Below, piece by piece: positions 21,620 through 36,900 of a DNA stretch of 64,000 bases. The stretch lies in assembly GCA_016748015.1 (NCBI GenBank), contig JAAOMT010000703.1, positions 990,255 through 1,054,254 of the forward strand, in the 5' to 3' direction. Positions within the stretch are counted from its first letter, which is position 1; each line of letters begins with the position of its first letter. Source of the stretch: Geosiphon pyriformis uo1. Its lineage: Eukaryota > Fungi > Glomeromycota. A model generated the notes under the pieces. It ran no database searches. It was not told where the DNA came from and saw only the letters and a program-made list of their open reading frames with translations. Made by a program: the position numbers and the translations under genes.

Positions 21620-24600
21620 TTAGAGTGTATCTTCAACTTGTGTATTAACAATATCTTTGTTGGTACTGGATATAGGGTTATTACCAGCGAAATTTATCGT
21701 TTGGCTTCTTAATTTTTCAACAAGTGAGAGAAGTCTTTCCGAAAAATTGGAAGAATTCTCCAATTTAGACAACCACGTTTTTATGAATTCTCCATCAAGA
21801 TCCTCAAGACAGTCAAGATATGCTTTTTTAAGAGGGTCTTCGGAGGACATGAAGTCATCGGCAGTTAAAGCCATATTCAAGACTTCAAGCACCTAATCAA
21901 AATTTACAAAAATTTGGCACCAAAATTAATCAAATTTGCATCGAGTTTTATAGGCGACCAAAATAAATAGTTCCATCACCAAAGAAAAATGGTCATACCA
22001 CTATTAATTGGGAAATTATGGAACCACTCCCATGTAGATCATTGGCTTTCAACCTTTCTTTTAACATTTTGACATGAGCCGCCAGTTGATGAATATATCT
22101 AGATATAATCGGCTGAACAACATCGGCTTTATTTTTCTTGACCTAGACCAACATTAAGATCAATTAAGATGCCATTAATCGAAAATTCCAAGGAAAAATT
22201 CTAAAGCTTACAAGCTGCGTTAAAGATTTAAGCGCATCTAATTTCCCTGATGGTACGTCAAGCAGCAATGGGGAATTGAGAAGATATTCCACCAATTTTT
22301 CATAAAGTTCTAAGAGAATTTTGAAGACGCAACCATCTTGAAACCCCATCATCTCGGTAATTACTAAAGTGCCTAGCAAAAAAAAAGTTCAAAATGATTT
22401 GTTTTATTCAAATGAATTAATTGTTCGAAAAATCATTTGTCTTACAGAGTTGAACGACTTTGTCAAATTCCTGCAATTCAATCCCTCCAAGAATAGCATG
22501 TCTCACAACCGTTAAATAAGGAGTGTATAATTCTTCTTGAAGCAATTGCTTCTCTGATGACTGTAGATTTTTCAGAAAAGGTTTGTATACGTGTACAGAG
22601 GGCAAATTTAATAGTGCTTTTAAAGCACTCGGGCCAGGAGTTTTTTTATCCAAAAGTTGGAATTTGGTATACAAAGAGCGGTTGCCACCAAACGCTGCTA
22701 ACAAATCTAGCGGGAAATTTCAAGTTAATTGCCTAAATCCAATTTATCCATTTTGCAAAAAATTAATTTTGAACAAAATACCTTCATCATCAATGCGAGC
22801 CATCTTTTTTTGCCATTGAGTATGACTCTTAATTAGACAATCCAAAACTTCACTTGTAATATTTCGAGTAAATTCGATTTCAAGCATAATGCTTAGAATT
22901 TCTGAAAATTACCAAAGTATATTCAACTACTAAACCCTGAAAATTTGAATTATCAGACTTAAATTACCTGTCGCCCGAATATAGATTTGATTCTCTGTAT
23001 TGGGATGTAAGAAGCTCAACAAGGTGAGGGCAAAAACTTTGCTGTTAGACCATGCCTTGAAGTAAACTTGTAGTGCTAAAAGATAAAATCAAAGTTTGAA
23101 AATTTAGAAACAAAAAAGATTGAGGATTCAAAGATTTACCTTCAGAGTCACTTGATGCGGACGCAGCAACCTTGAAGTAACAATGCAAAGCGTCCAGGCA
23201 TTGAAAGAGGTTTTCATCGTTGGAATTTTTATCCCTTACTGCACCAATATACTAGATATTGTTTGATTAAAAGGTCACCCTTACATTAGCTGAGATTAGG
23301 CAACCTCGATTACAAAAAATTGAATATTAAATACCTGTGAAAAGGTATCCAGACCCAAATACTTGCAAAATATCAGTAAATCATCTACGCTATCTCGGTA
23401 AAGGAAGGTATGCAGTCTATAATAAAAGAACTGTAAGATTTGATATCAACTGAAAGCGTCTGGAAAATGGTTGAATTAAAAAATTACCTCAAACAAAGAG
23501 GAATCTTTCTTAGCAAAGGTGAATTGACGTTTCCAATCAGAGCAGTGTCCCAGCATTTCATCCTGAATTGTGCTGATCTATCAGCACTGATTTTAACTAG
23601 TTCTTGAAGTTCATCGGTTTTCTAAAAAAAATATGAAATTAAAAACTGCAGTAAGATTACCTATGAATTAAAATTTCAAAGATATCTACGTGGTCTTCGT
23701 AAAAATCTCCCCATATCATGCTGTTGAGAGCCCACGAGAAATTCGCAGCCTCCATCCAGACAGAATGGTATTCAGGTGATTGTCGGCAACCCATCAAAAT
23801 GATACCATAATATTTTGGTAGTGTTGCCTGATTGTACGCGATATTCTCAGGCAAATGATTGATACTAAAGAGTATATGATTGTCAGTTTAACGGTTGTTA
23901 TCAAAATAAGAACCTAATCACTTGTAATTACCTGACATAAAACATATGAAGATGGTCATATATATTTGGATTTGATATAAACAAGTTCACATTCTCGGGG
24001 CATCCTTCACAAACTTGGTACCAAAAGTTGAACATTTCCTGAAGTTTGTCATATTAATACGTTTTTCCCATTGTGGAAAATTGGCGAAACAGTGTTTTTA
24101 CGCACCTTTTTATCCATGTCACAATCAACCCTTTGAGTATCAATAGTGATAAGGCAAGTTGAAAATCTTTCAAAATAAGGGAGGAACTGAATGGAAAACA
24201 TAATCATATTTAGTGACTTAAATAACGTCAGATGTTACTAGATTAAGAATTAATTACTAGATAAATTACCGATTTTTTTTCTTTAGGTGACTGAACACAT
24301 TTTGTCAAGACTCTAAAAAAATTGCTGAGCCTCCATCCGTAAGCTTCTATTCGTTGAGACCAATGTGAAAGGAAAAAAGTTTCATTAGAAATTCAAAGCA
24401 AAAATTAACATGTTGCAAAAGATTCTACCTCTCCTCGGAAAAGTAGTCTTCCAGTAAGCTTCAACATTATCAATACATTTTACCAAGACATCATACAATT
24501 TTCTAACAGATTCTAAAGCTTCTTTTTTTGCTTTTTCGTCTTCAGCCTCTTTCAGATAATTGAATATTAATAAGTCACACATATTTTCAGCTTGTTGTCG

Positions 24601-27600
24601 AATATTTTCGTAAAGATTTCCCAAAAGAAAGTCCGGCAGCCATTGATCCAGATATGTGACGAGTAATTTACGTACAAAGGCCCCATAATCTGAGGTAATC
24701 AAAGCTTCGATAAATCGTAGACATTCAAAGCTGATTTGAGGAGTAGTTTGATGTGACTTTGATAACTAATATAAAATTTAGCATATATATTTTCATGCAT
24801 GCTTAATCACATTAATCGAAAACATTAATGATCACACTGTTATTCATACCTTCAAAATCCCTTGTATCGAATGTCCAATTCTAATTTCATAGAGGGGATC
24901 TTTTATTTGTGTTAAAAAATAAATGATCTCCAAATGAGGTTTGACATGATGTTCAGCAGTATAACTGTCGGCAGCACGGACTAGTTGACTTATGAATTCT
25001 TCGCTGAAATGTTGATTATTGGTTGCAAAATGAGTGAATATTTCGCGAGAGATTTGGATATCCACGCCATCTCGAATTTGCTTAAGGAAAAAGATGTACT
25101 CGTCATCTGATGCATTGCGTTGTAAAATTAACTCTAGCTCTTTTTGTCTAAGTTTGAACCGAGAATAGTGTTCGGTAACTAAAATATCATCTTCCTGATC
25201 TAAATTTCTTACATCACATGCGGTCAGTAAGATACGAAGGGTCAATAGCAAATAACGGAAGGGTGGCAGCGAAAATTTGTCGCCCATTCTGCGCTTTCTT
25301 CCTTTGGGTGGAGATGTTTCGTCCAACAGAAATAGCTCCACTAATTCCCCTACTAATCCGCACTGAATCATATAAATTCTTTCAGGAAGTCCAAAATTCG
25401 CAATTTGTGACAGTAGATAAAAGTATTGGTCGAAATTACGCCACCAAAGATAAGCGCTAGGGAGCAAAGAAAATAATTCCTCGCATAGCTGTACAATTAA
25501 TCCTTCAGGGTGAGAAATAAAAAGTATATCCGAATCTGGGTCAATGCTCATTTCGAAATGCTGGGTTTCATCGGCTCCCATATCTGACTTTATGAATCCA
25601 TAAGCAGCAGGGTCCCCATGTCGAAGAACTTTCAAAGCGAATAAAACCAAGTCAACTATGTGTTCCCTGACGTCTTGAACATAACATGACATGAGTAACT
25701 GTTGGATATAGTTAGGATGTTTATCAATGAATCTTTGAATAAACCATCGACAACTATTCAAATTGCTTTGAAATAATGTTTTTAGAAAATCAATCCATTT
25801 ATTTAACTCGAGGTTATCCTTAGCGCGAGACAAAGTGCCAAGAACAAATTCGCTTGCTAACTGTATCGTACGAAATGTCAAGTCGATGTTAACAGTGCGA
25901 GTGGAAATTTGATTTTGAGTCTCAATATCCATAGAGTGAATTACGTTCCATAGCAGTCGAAAATATCCAACATCAAATATGTTCTTGTCCTGAAGGAATC
26001 CAATATTTTCTTGCCAAATGGCACTATAAATATCTTCTGGCACTTTCGAAACAGGGTCTTTTTCAATTGGAGACTGAAGGTTTTCATTTTTAAGTTCTTC
26101 ACAACAGCGTTCATAAAAAAGCATATACGCGCTATATGGTTTTGCAAAAGCTCTTGTTACATTTTTCTGAGTGTTGGGATCCCAATTTGACATGTAATCG
26201 AAGCCACCATAACAACACTTTGGAATATCTTTAGGATTAAAACTTTCAACATTAGAATCGTTAAATTGATACCATTTCTGTTCACCAGAGGGATCAGAAT
26301 GTAGTGCCTTGCGCTCTTTAATAAATGAATAATAGTGTCCAGAATCTGCAGTTCCTGTATGTACTAGAACCCCGACAAGTTGATACTCATATTGGGGTTT
26401 GTTCACTTCATCAGCACTCGTTTCCTCGAGAAGACCTGACTCCTTTTTTGTCAGATAGTCCAAGGTATAAGGTTCCATATTGATATGATCTGGGAATTCA
26501 AATTGCTCGTTGATTTTTACGCGCTTGAATGTCTCCATATCGAAGTCGAATCGCTTAAGATGCAATATTAAATTATTTGGCAGATTCTTGATACATACCC
26601 TAAAATTTTAAAACAGATGAGTTTATTTTTAGCAAAAATAGAACAGATATCTTGGAGAACCTTTTGATAGCATCGACTTTCATATCACATTTGTCGCAAA
26701 AATATTTGTTATCTAAAATTCATAGATCCATTGAATTTAATGTGAAAATTGACAGTAAACCTTAGGGACCGTGATTGGCCTATTTACTCACCTCCGTCCA
26801 AAATTTCACCTTCAACGTAGAGCTGCAAGCTTTCTTCGACATTTTTTTTATTTTTTACTTCACATTGAATAGCAAAAATTGGGTCTTCTCTCTCGGATAC
26901 GTGCTCGCACTCTCTCGACTTTACTTGTTGAACGAGTGTTCCGCCGAAATGATTCTTGAAAAGCATTGCTTGTGAAGTGCCAGATACGCTGTTTTCTAAG
27001 CATTCGACTAAACCATTGAAATATTCGTCGACGTCCATTTGAACGGCAACATTCATCGGTGCATCATGTTCTTTGTATGCCAAACAGAAGGATGTGGCTT
27101 CATAAGATTTTTTTTGACTTTCCTGCAAATGACCGAAAACAACTTGTAATTGATATAATAAACTTTCATCTTTATTTTCATCACGAACAGGAGCGGAGAA
27201 AATTCCATTACGAAATGAAGGGTTCATAAAGAATTGCTGAACAATTGAGTTGACATAACAAGTAGCGCCCAAATTTTGTAATCCAACATAACCAGAGCTA
27301 GCTTTGGTACAGGATTGAGGGCAATAGTTCCAATTGTCATTGAGTTGGTCACCACGATCCAATTGTTTCAATAATAAATCAGTCAAATGGACAAAATTCT
27401 CGGGGCAGTCTTTTACAAGTTCGATTAAAAGTTCCATTGCCGCTGTACGTGATTCCGAAAGTTTACATTTCGGAGGTACAAGTGAAGAGCCCGAAAATTC
27501 CATAGTCGGAATTTCGAATAAGCAATCATAAAAGATCATATCTATGAATCTATAGAAATCCAAGGTCAAAAAGGTTGATTGGACGCAAACCAGTTATTCT

Positions 27601-30600
27601 TCAAAAATATTACAAACCTATCTCCAAAGTGAGGAGTGCGTTTGAATTCGGGATATTTTTTGACCATGATTGTCGCTATCTTGATCAAGCCTATGATCAC
27701 TGTATCATCGATACCAGTATTAGGTTGCTGTGGAGATAGTATTAAAAACTTTATAAGTATCCAATGATAACCAAGTTGTTAATATAATAATTGGAAGCAT
27801 GTCCTCAGCTAAAAAGTCTAATATCTTTCCCGTTAGATTTAATTAAGAATTGGCTCACCTCATTTATATGCGACATTTCTTTAATCGGATGTTGCTTGAT
27901 ATGCTGGATTAAGGAAGTGAAAAATTGATTCACATTGAATTTGGTAGAATTTGGTAAAATACTTAAAAGGTTCCCGAGAAGATCGAAATATTCTTTGCTG
28001 GTGAAAATATGTTGTTCCAATTGAGGTAATAGAGAAACTAGGAGTGGCAGGAAAAATTCAAGAGAATGTGAATGTAGCGAAGTTTTTATTAATCCTGATT
28101 CCAAGTCATCCTGTCCACAGAATTTTGTGATCATATCGGCAATATCTTTTCTTGCATCTTCCGACTGGCATTTTACCAGAGCCTTGAGAATCCATTCATT
28201 TAATCCAGAGTAATCACAAAGGCACTTGAGTGAAAATTCGTCTCTCATACATAGACAATACAAAAGCTTGTTTGCGTATTTAATAATGAGCAAGTCCTCG
28301 TCAACTGAGGTATGAAAATTAATTTTGAGCGATAAATCATGAAAATATACAAATTATCTGAGAGATGAAATAATTACTTTGCTTTAGACCAGGATCAAAG
28401 CATTTTTCCATTATATCAAGCAATTTTGTGAGTAGATCTCTTTTATCAATGTGATTGAAGAATTCGACATTGGCGAAGTTGTGATCTAAGTTAAAAATAG
28501 GGATTTTTATCTTTACGTGAGCTTGGGGTGTGCAGGAGGCCATCGATAGCTGTACCCACCGTTAACAAAGAAATCAATGACTTTAAGTAAGAGACCAAGA
28601 CAAGCTCGTTTTATCATGCTTTTTTGATGATCACGTGTGGCCGTTTGAGGTTCAATTAAGGGCTGGTCACGTTTTATGAGGACAGCTAGCAAATGATCAT
28701 GTCCTCCATTTTTCAAAAAACGTTGGCCCCAACCTGCGGCGTTCAAAGTCTCGTCGCCCCCTCTCAATAACCAGTCAACGATCTGCAAGGAATAAAGAAG
28801 TCGAAATGGCGAACGACTATCGATTAGACTGTTCCAATCAACGGGAGCCCCCAAAGATTTGAGGCTGCTGAGCATTGTTCTATTGGTTGGAAGTCGCATA
28901 AGAAAATCCCATATCTGTACAGATATCAACGTGACAATGGTTATGTTATTTGACAGGAAATAGCCTCAAAAAAAATTTAAGATATTAACCTGGGCCGCAT
29001 ATTCCTCTTCAAGCTGCAGCATAACGAAAAATTTATCAACATATTTTGAGAGAAGATTGGTTGGTAAATCGAGATCTTTCATCTAAAAAGAATACTGATC
29101 TATTTAAACCCTAGGAGTATAAGAGGATATGAATATATTATGATTGAAAATAAAATGAACCTCTTCTTCCGGTATTGAATCCGTCTTGTCAATGTCTTGT
29201 GACCCATTAGAATCGGTAATTCGTCTCTGGCCAATAAATACTGCACCATCGTTTATTTTCAATTCTTGCAAAGTCATGCTATTCGAATCAGGAGAGAATT
29301 CTTTGCCAGAAGATATCAAGCGAAGTACTCCGGGCTGTGAGAGTTTAATTTTAGCACTAATCTTGTGCCGTAATCCCAAAATCGTTTCAGATGTGTGCAT
29401 TGGAAATTCCATCTCCTTTGTGTCCTGAAATATTTAAATCACGATTTATTACTTTAAGTGAATTTACTTTTTTTCTGAATCCCAAAGATCGTCAGCTTAC
29501 CGAGCCCTGTGTAATCTTAACTTTAATAGTAATTATTTTACCATCGTTGAGCATTCCGTGGCGTCGAACAAGAGTTTGACTGGATTTAGAAGACAAATAT
29601 TTCGTATCAAAATAGTCCATAAAATACTTGAGCATTTCTAAGCATCTTTTGAACATCGATGCTTCAGCCACTTTGTTGATAGATAAAAGAGGATCATTAT
29701 TGGACGGTATGTTCTTAGACACTAAAAGATCATGATCTTTTTCAGCGGAAAATATTGGAGAGAGTCCACTAGCAGCCGCAAAGAGATGTGACACGCATTT
29801 GTCAACCAATATTTCCCGATGTTTTTGAGCCAAAGAAATGCTATCTTGCATTGTGGGATCAGTCTAATAAATATTTATAAAATTGCACAATTAGAAGTTG
29901 AAAAAGCTAACATGTGCCAACGGCTTGCAGATACCGACATTCATATATAAATGCACTAAGAAAGCTATGGCTTCTTTGCCAACCGCTTCCACTTCGGCGG
30001 ATAGAGCAATATTCCAAAGAAGTTCACAATCGATCAAGTCTCCTTGCAAAAATATTTGTTGCGATGAAGGAATCTGAACATAAGAAAATCAAATTCAGAT
30101 CTCAAATCATAAGGACCATTTGGAAAATGAACTGGGAATATTGCTTACCATTCTCACACGACGAAGCTTTGCATTAACTTTGAGTAGACAGCTTTTAGCA
30201 TACTTTAAAGCCTGTTCAGAGAAATACCTTACATCAAGTTGAGGCATGCGATTGTGGAAAAAGTGATTAATAAAATGATCATATTCGGTGATATTCTCCA
30301 GACAAATAAAGGCTTCGTCTCGCTCAGGAATTCCAATTGGATTGGCTACTAAACAATCCCAGACGATATCGGTTTGAGAAGTGGAGGTGAAAAATGGCAC
30401 TGTTTCACAATTGCCCATCCATTGAAGAAATTGTAATCTCCCGAGTAGCTGATCCTTCAAGATAGCTACTCGGGTAGGGGAAAGACCAATGAGCGGAGAG
30501 GACAGCCCAATAGGGGGCATTTGATCTTGAAATGACATGGAAAAATGTTAAATTAACAATAAGGGAAAATTAGTCGAGTGGTCAATGTTTACCAATTTCC

Positions 30601-33600
30601 ATGCTAGTCATGCTGCCGCGTCGGTCTGTAAGAGATTTAATAGTTGTTGTCCAATGTGTTAAATCTTCCAGAAACAAATTTGGAAGGCCGACTTGCGCAA
30701 TCAAATGACGCAAATAGTCGGAAGGGGTACTTGTGGTAGGGAATGGAGGAGCTTTGGGTTTAGGTAAAGTGTCGAGAAAATTTTTTTAATTTATATTAAA
30801 GTAAAATTAATAAATAGATAAAAGGGAATATAATTGATTGATTACTGTTGATTATTCGCATGATAACTCTCAGAGCCCAAACCGTGGCAGGATGGTGTGC
30901 CCTCAAATCATCGATGCACATTTGGAGCAATTCTTGACGTTTCTCCTCAGAGAGCCCATATTGCAAGACATTATTTAAAAGTTGGTTCACTCCTTGAATG
31001 ATATCTTGATCAATGAGGTTCAAAGTTGAAACAGAAGAAGCCGAAGTAGGAGTGAGAACTTCGGCATTCATTAAAGCTGTAAGCGAAAGAGAAGAATCAC
31101 GCAGAATGCGCCAAAGCAAAAGGTGGGCCTCATAGGATATTTCATTGACAGCCTATTTTAAGAAGATTGATTGAATAAACGGAAAATTAATCGGATTAAA
31201 AAATACTTTCCGTTTAACCTACCATTGTGCCTCTGACAGGAGAGTGCGCATTTTCCACCATAGAAAGAATTAATTGTTTTATCAATAGATAAGTTTGGGT
31301 CTCGTAAGCATTTATCGGCAAAATATTGAGTTTTTTAAATAGGTATTCCCTGTGCTCCAAGCTAAGCTGGTCCGAGATATCATTTAGAACTTGAAAAACC
31401 CCATGAACAATACTTTGATGCTGACTTCCCGCAACTGGAATCCATATTTTGTCAAGATCAAGGGAGGTTAATTCTCCAGCATGGATAAGGAAAAGTAAAA
31501 CATCTGTTGATCGCTGGACAATTTCCAAATGTATATTTGGACCAAAAATGTATTCTAGAATCTCTTGTTCTCGTAGTTTCTCGACGAGTTTTCTGTATAA
31601 AAAGAGATAATAAAACCATCCTGACAAATCAATATATTTTATTATAGTATCAACCAAAAATATATTTACCGAATGATTCTAATTGAACTCTCTTCTTCTG
31701 TAAGATGGGATTCATCCTCCCCGTCAATGCTTAAACTCCTTTTTCTTGAGTTGCTCTTTTTTTTGGTCCGCCGGATAATCTTTGCCTGCTTAAACCCGTA
31801 ATGTAAGATATCTTTGATTTCACTCAAACCAGCCAATCGCAAATCTAATCGAAAAGCTCTCAACAATCTACTAGCAACATCAAGTCTGAGACAGCAACAA
31901 GTTAAAATTTGTTGTTCGTCAGGAATATCTTGGTAATGCATAAATTCTGTCTCCTCATCTTCATCATCTTCATCATCCGAGGACAGCATTGGATGATAAT
32001 TCTGTCTTTCGTCTCTCAAACTCATAGGAACATGGATTGTTGAGGGACACGACATTATCATTTGAGCGACCATATGAATCATCGTTATGACAAGTTTTTT
32101 ATCATATCGATGTAAAGTTTCATCAGGAATCTCTCTGATACGCCCTTGAACACACGTGGCGACACTCAATGCAAATAAACGAAAATCCATGTTGCCTCCA
32201 CACATACCATTAGCAACAAATGGCCCTAGCTAAAGATAAAAATTTCTTATGGATAAGAAGGCAATACAATCTTTACCAAAGAATTTTAATAAATTTTAAT
32301 CCTATTTCACCTTCCAAATTATACGGATCAAACCATTTATATCTTTCAAATCAATATTTGAGGGATAATGTTCATTTTTTTGCTCATTGACAATCTCTAC
32401 ACGCTCAAGAGCGCCGAGTACTGCCTGCAAGCCGCCTTTGGCAACAAAAAACTTTATACAGTTGATTTGATATTGGGATGCATGAGGTTCTAACTGTGGC
32501 GGCGGGAAATGGTTAAATTTAAACAATGGCCATGAGTATAGTAGTTAATAAAGCAAATAATGAACCTTACCTGTTCCAAACCAATCATCTCATTGGTGTT
32601 CTCTTCATATTCAACTAACTAAAATGTATTCTAGTAAATTTTTGACACATATAATTCCTATTCCAATATTGTAAACCAAGCATACCGTGTTTGTGACATC
32701 TAACCTTCTACCTCCATCCCCCCGACCATCGAAACGTCGATAAAATGACGCGTTTTCATCTCCAATTATACGTGAAACAGCTTCCATCATTAGTTCTGAT
32801 AGAGGAAAATCATCTTTATTGACACCCATTCCTTCAGGGTCTTGTAAAAGGTGAATAGCAATCTCAAGCAATTTATTGAGATATTCTTGAATTTTCACAG
32901 CGACTGTAGTTCCATGAGGATAGCCTAATTCAGGGTAGCTATATCAAATAGGGAAAGGTAAGGGTTTTAAAAAAGGGAAGGTACGAAAAGGATTTATTGG
33001 AATCTTTCCAAGTACCTGCGAGCGAGTAAAACCGCTCCGTATTTTGGCAACCATTCTCTGTACAAAGCGTCCAAGGAAGCTCTGCTCATTTCATGACCCT
33101 TGCGACTCAATGATATCTCATTCGTAAATTCAATTAACCTAGAGACCAATTTAACAGGATTTGAAGCTAAAAATTTATATCGCATAAGCTACCTTGTTAT
33201 CGTGGAAGAATAGCATTTTCAGATAAAGAAATTCTGTGTGATCTTTTGTTAAAGAGTCTTCCTTACTTTCTTTTAAATCTCGCAAAAACTCTTCTACATT
33301 TATAGGTTTTTCTTCTTTGTAAACACGTCTTCGAGAGCCTGAAGATAAGGATGAATGTCTCCTTCGTTGCCCAGATTCTCGATCTCGATCTTCATCTTCA
33401 GCTTCATCAGAGATATATTCGTCATCTTCTTCAGACGACGAAGCAACTTGACGTTTTTCGTGTCGTTGGGTATGATCCCGTTGAGAATGTTGTTGTCGTT
33501 GTGCTTCAGTCGTCAATGCAATTCGTTTTTTTGGATGAAGCTTTGGATCCCTGCGGGGAACTCGAGTAATTTGCTTTGTTAGTAAAGCAACATCATCATC

Positions 33601-33918
33601 TTCTTTTTCATCTCTATCCTCTTGATTTGATCCCTCCTCCAGTTCTTCTAATTCTCCTTCTTCTTGTTCTTCGCTGCTACTTGATTCCTCAGTTTTAAGA
33701 TCTCGTGTTAAAGGAACATTTTCTTCTTCGAAAGACCCCTGTCTAATGTGTTCTAAAAGGCCCTGTCCTGGTTGTTTTAGAACTTGAGGATCGATATTAA
33801 GAGATTCGATATCTTTGTGTTTCACTAAGTTTGATTTCACGCTCGCCTCTTTTGACTCTTGCTTACAGGGTTTTTTCAGTGTCAGTGATTCCTGATCTAC
33901 AGGCAAATTTTTCGACAT
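21620..33918 (-). CDS. USP34: Large ubiquitin carboxyl-terminal hydrolase, USP34-like, multi-exon
   Basis: Cys box YVGLQNLGATCYVNSIVQQ, QMDVDEY, His box HTGTADSGHYYSFIK..WYQFNDS, internal Ubl-like segment (LRLISSGKE) and USP34-type C-terminal YNQATLPKYYGII..CRQSP..WAL. ATG at 33918, stop at 21620. Confidence 0.88.
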
Positions 33919-36900
33919 TTTGTAATAAAATAAAAATATATTTTCAGCAATCCAAATGAGTTTGTTAGCAGGATTCAAGCAAGAATTTTTGCAGTTGACA
34001 AGGCTAAGATCAGGTAAACACGTCTCATATGTAAAAGGCAGTTGGTCAAGATCCCAAGCTATAAGGGAGTAGTTGATCTTTTGAGTTTTGGTTAAATGGA
34101 GACAAGTGCCACGTTTTAACCCGCGTTCAAAGACTCTCTTTTTATAGGCATCGAAGATGTAAATAGTAGCCGCAGCGATTTTTATCGTGATATATGGGCG
34201 ATCGTATTTTAGTCACACTGTTCCCACGAAGTGCACAAATACATTGCATAAGTTGATTTTTATAATTTTGCAAATTGTGAAATCACTTCACGACCATGAA
34301 AATTTTTTTCACCCATCACCATCAACGATGAACGAGCTTTGTCTTCATTCTTAGCTGGTCGTGTTTGTTTAATGGATAATCTACGTTGATCGCATGTAAT
34401 GTGAATGTTTTAACATTTTAATTAATGCTCTTATAATTATTTATCACTTCAAATATTCATTGTTTAATTATCCATATGAATTATTTAATTATGTTAATTA
34501 TTAATATAATTTACAAGAATTTACAGATATAACGAAAATGCATTGAAATGTGTAAAAATTAGAAAATAACTAGTATTATTAAAAAATATATTTAAAAATC
34601 TAATTAATAAAAATAATACTTGAATTCTGAAAATCAAATTTTAAAAATGTAAATTTTTTTTATAAACCTTTTTTTCTTTTTCAATAATGTAACCACTTAG
34701 AAATAATATAAATGCAAAGCAGTTTTTGGCTGTTAAAAAAACATTTTTTTGTTCTTAAATAAAAGTTTTTTTCTATTCAAAATTCTTTTTAAACAACCAA
34801 TTAAGATTAGTTTTAATATTTTTTATTATTATTTTAAAAAAATCTTAAAATTTTAATTACAAAGTTATTTTTTTTTAGCAATCTTTTTTAATATTGTTCA
34901 AATGATTAAAATAACCAAAAAAGTAAAAAAACAATTTTTTATTTCTTTAAAAATACTGTTGTTAATACTAAATTGTTGTTAATTTTATTGTTAATAAAAG
35001 CTGTTAAATTTTTAATAAGTTAATTTATTTCCAAAATATGATAAAATAATAAGTAATAAATTAAATAATAATATATGTTAATTAATAATAAAAATTATAA
35101 AAATAATTTTGTGCTAAATAATAACTTAAATTTTTACTAATAATATTATAATAATTAAAAAGTATTTTTATAATAAATAATACTTAAAAATTTTATGTTT
35201 GTATTATAAAGAATTAAAATTTTTAAATTATATTTTTACATGTAAATAAGATATTAAAAATTATGTTAAATTATTAATAGAGTTTATTAATTATTAATAA
35301 GTATTTAATTTTTATTATTTTTGGTTTTATTAATTTTTTTTTTGTATTTTTTAATAATAATTTATATAATATATATATTTAAAAAATACTTTTTTTTTTT
35401 ATATCCAAAATTTACCAAAAAATTAATTCATTGAAAAGAAGTTTTTAATCATTCAATATAATAAATTCAAACTGTTTTTGTTCAACTATGAGATTACTAT
35501 TGGCCTTAATATTGCTGTTATAAAAAAATCTATTGGAAATTTTGGTTTTAATATTGTTAATAAATCTATTTTACTAAGGAAAAAAAATGGTGTTTTAGAA
35601 AATAATATCAATAACAAAAAAGTTTTTATTAAAAAATTAAGTAACTGTTCTTAAAACTTAGATACTAATAATATTATAGAATTTAATAGTGTTAACATAA
35701 AAAAGAAGTGTTTAATAAAGGAAATCAGTTTTGATTATAGTAAAAAAAATGTTTTTAAAAAAATATTCTAATCAGACATCAAAAAATTTGTAAGTAAAAA
35801 CCAAGAAAACTTTGAAAAAATCATTAAAAAAAACTAATTTCTTGAGTAATAATAATAATATATTATTAGATGTTTTATTAACTTTTTTTTCTCTTTTGAA
35901 TTTAGTAAGTATTATCTATCAGAAAATTATTTACTCTAAATATTGGTTTGGATAAGATGATTGAAAAGTCTTTTTAAGAAAAATTCATAGTAATTAGGAA
36001 ATTGTTTTCAAAAATTAATGATTTTAAAGAAGTTTTAACTCCCTCAAAATTTGTTGGAATTATTAAAGTAATATTTACTTCTGAATCAAGCTTGGCACAG
36101 ACTTCTGAAAAAACTAGAGATAGAAAAATCTTAATAAATATTGATATTAAAAAATTTACTAAATAGTTAAATTAGGCTGTGATGATAAAAAAAATCTCAG
36201 TTGGTATGTTGACTAAGACTGTATATATAGTGCTATCTAAATTTAAATTAATTAAGTCAATTAAAATACAGTTAGTGAGAATGTGGCAAAAAGCTATAAT
36301 AAAATTCAACCAACCTAATTAGACTAATCTAATTACAACAAAATAGTATATTTTATTTAGAAAAAATACTATATAAGTTATTAAAACAGATAAAAACAAA
36401 GAATTATAAAATATGAAAAACAGTTACAGAGTATTGCTTTACACTTTTTTAGTAAGAATAAATGCTCATAATAGCTGGAATTTTATTGAATTAATTAGTA
36501 GAAAAATGTGTATTATTAATTATTATTTAGTTATATATATTAAAATCAGATATATGATTATTTGTTTTGACTTTTTTGAGTTATTAAATACTGTTATAAA
36601 AATCACACCAGTACTAAAAGGCATCAATCTACACTAATCTTATTTAAACTCTGCTAAAATATAAGAATTTAGGCTATATGTTATTAAGCTATACTATAAA
36701 TAGGAATGTTTCTTCTAATAAATTACTTTATAAAGTGTTTTTTAAAGCAGATAAAAGCAAACTGGCTGCCATTTATGTCAAGCAATTAGCTTTTATAGCT
36801 CATCCAATGTTTTTTGGTGGCATTTTTTGAACAAAAATTGTTAATAAATCTTTGTTTTTTTTTTTTCAATGTAAAATAATTCTTCAAATCTTGGCTTATC

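Noticed and set aside
31125-31145. ATATCC U12 donor in USP34
   Set aside because: Inside continuous coding sequence (NEISYEAHLLLWR) and lacks the TT extension.
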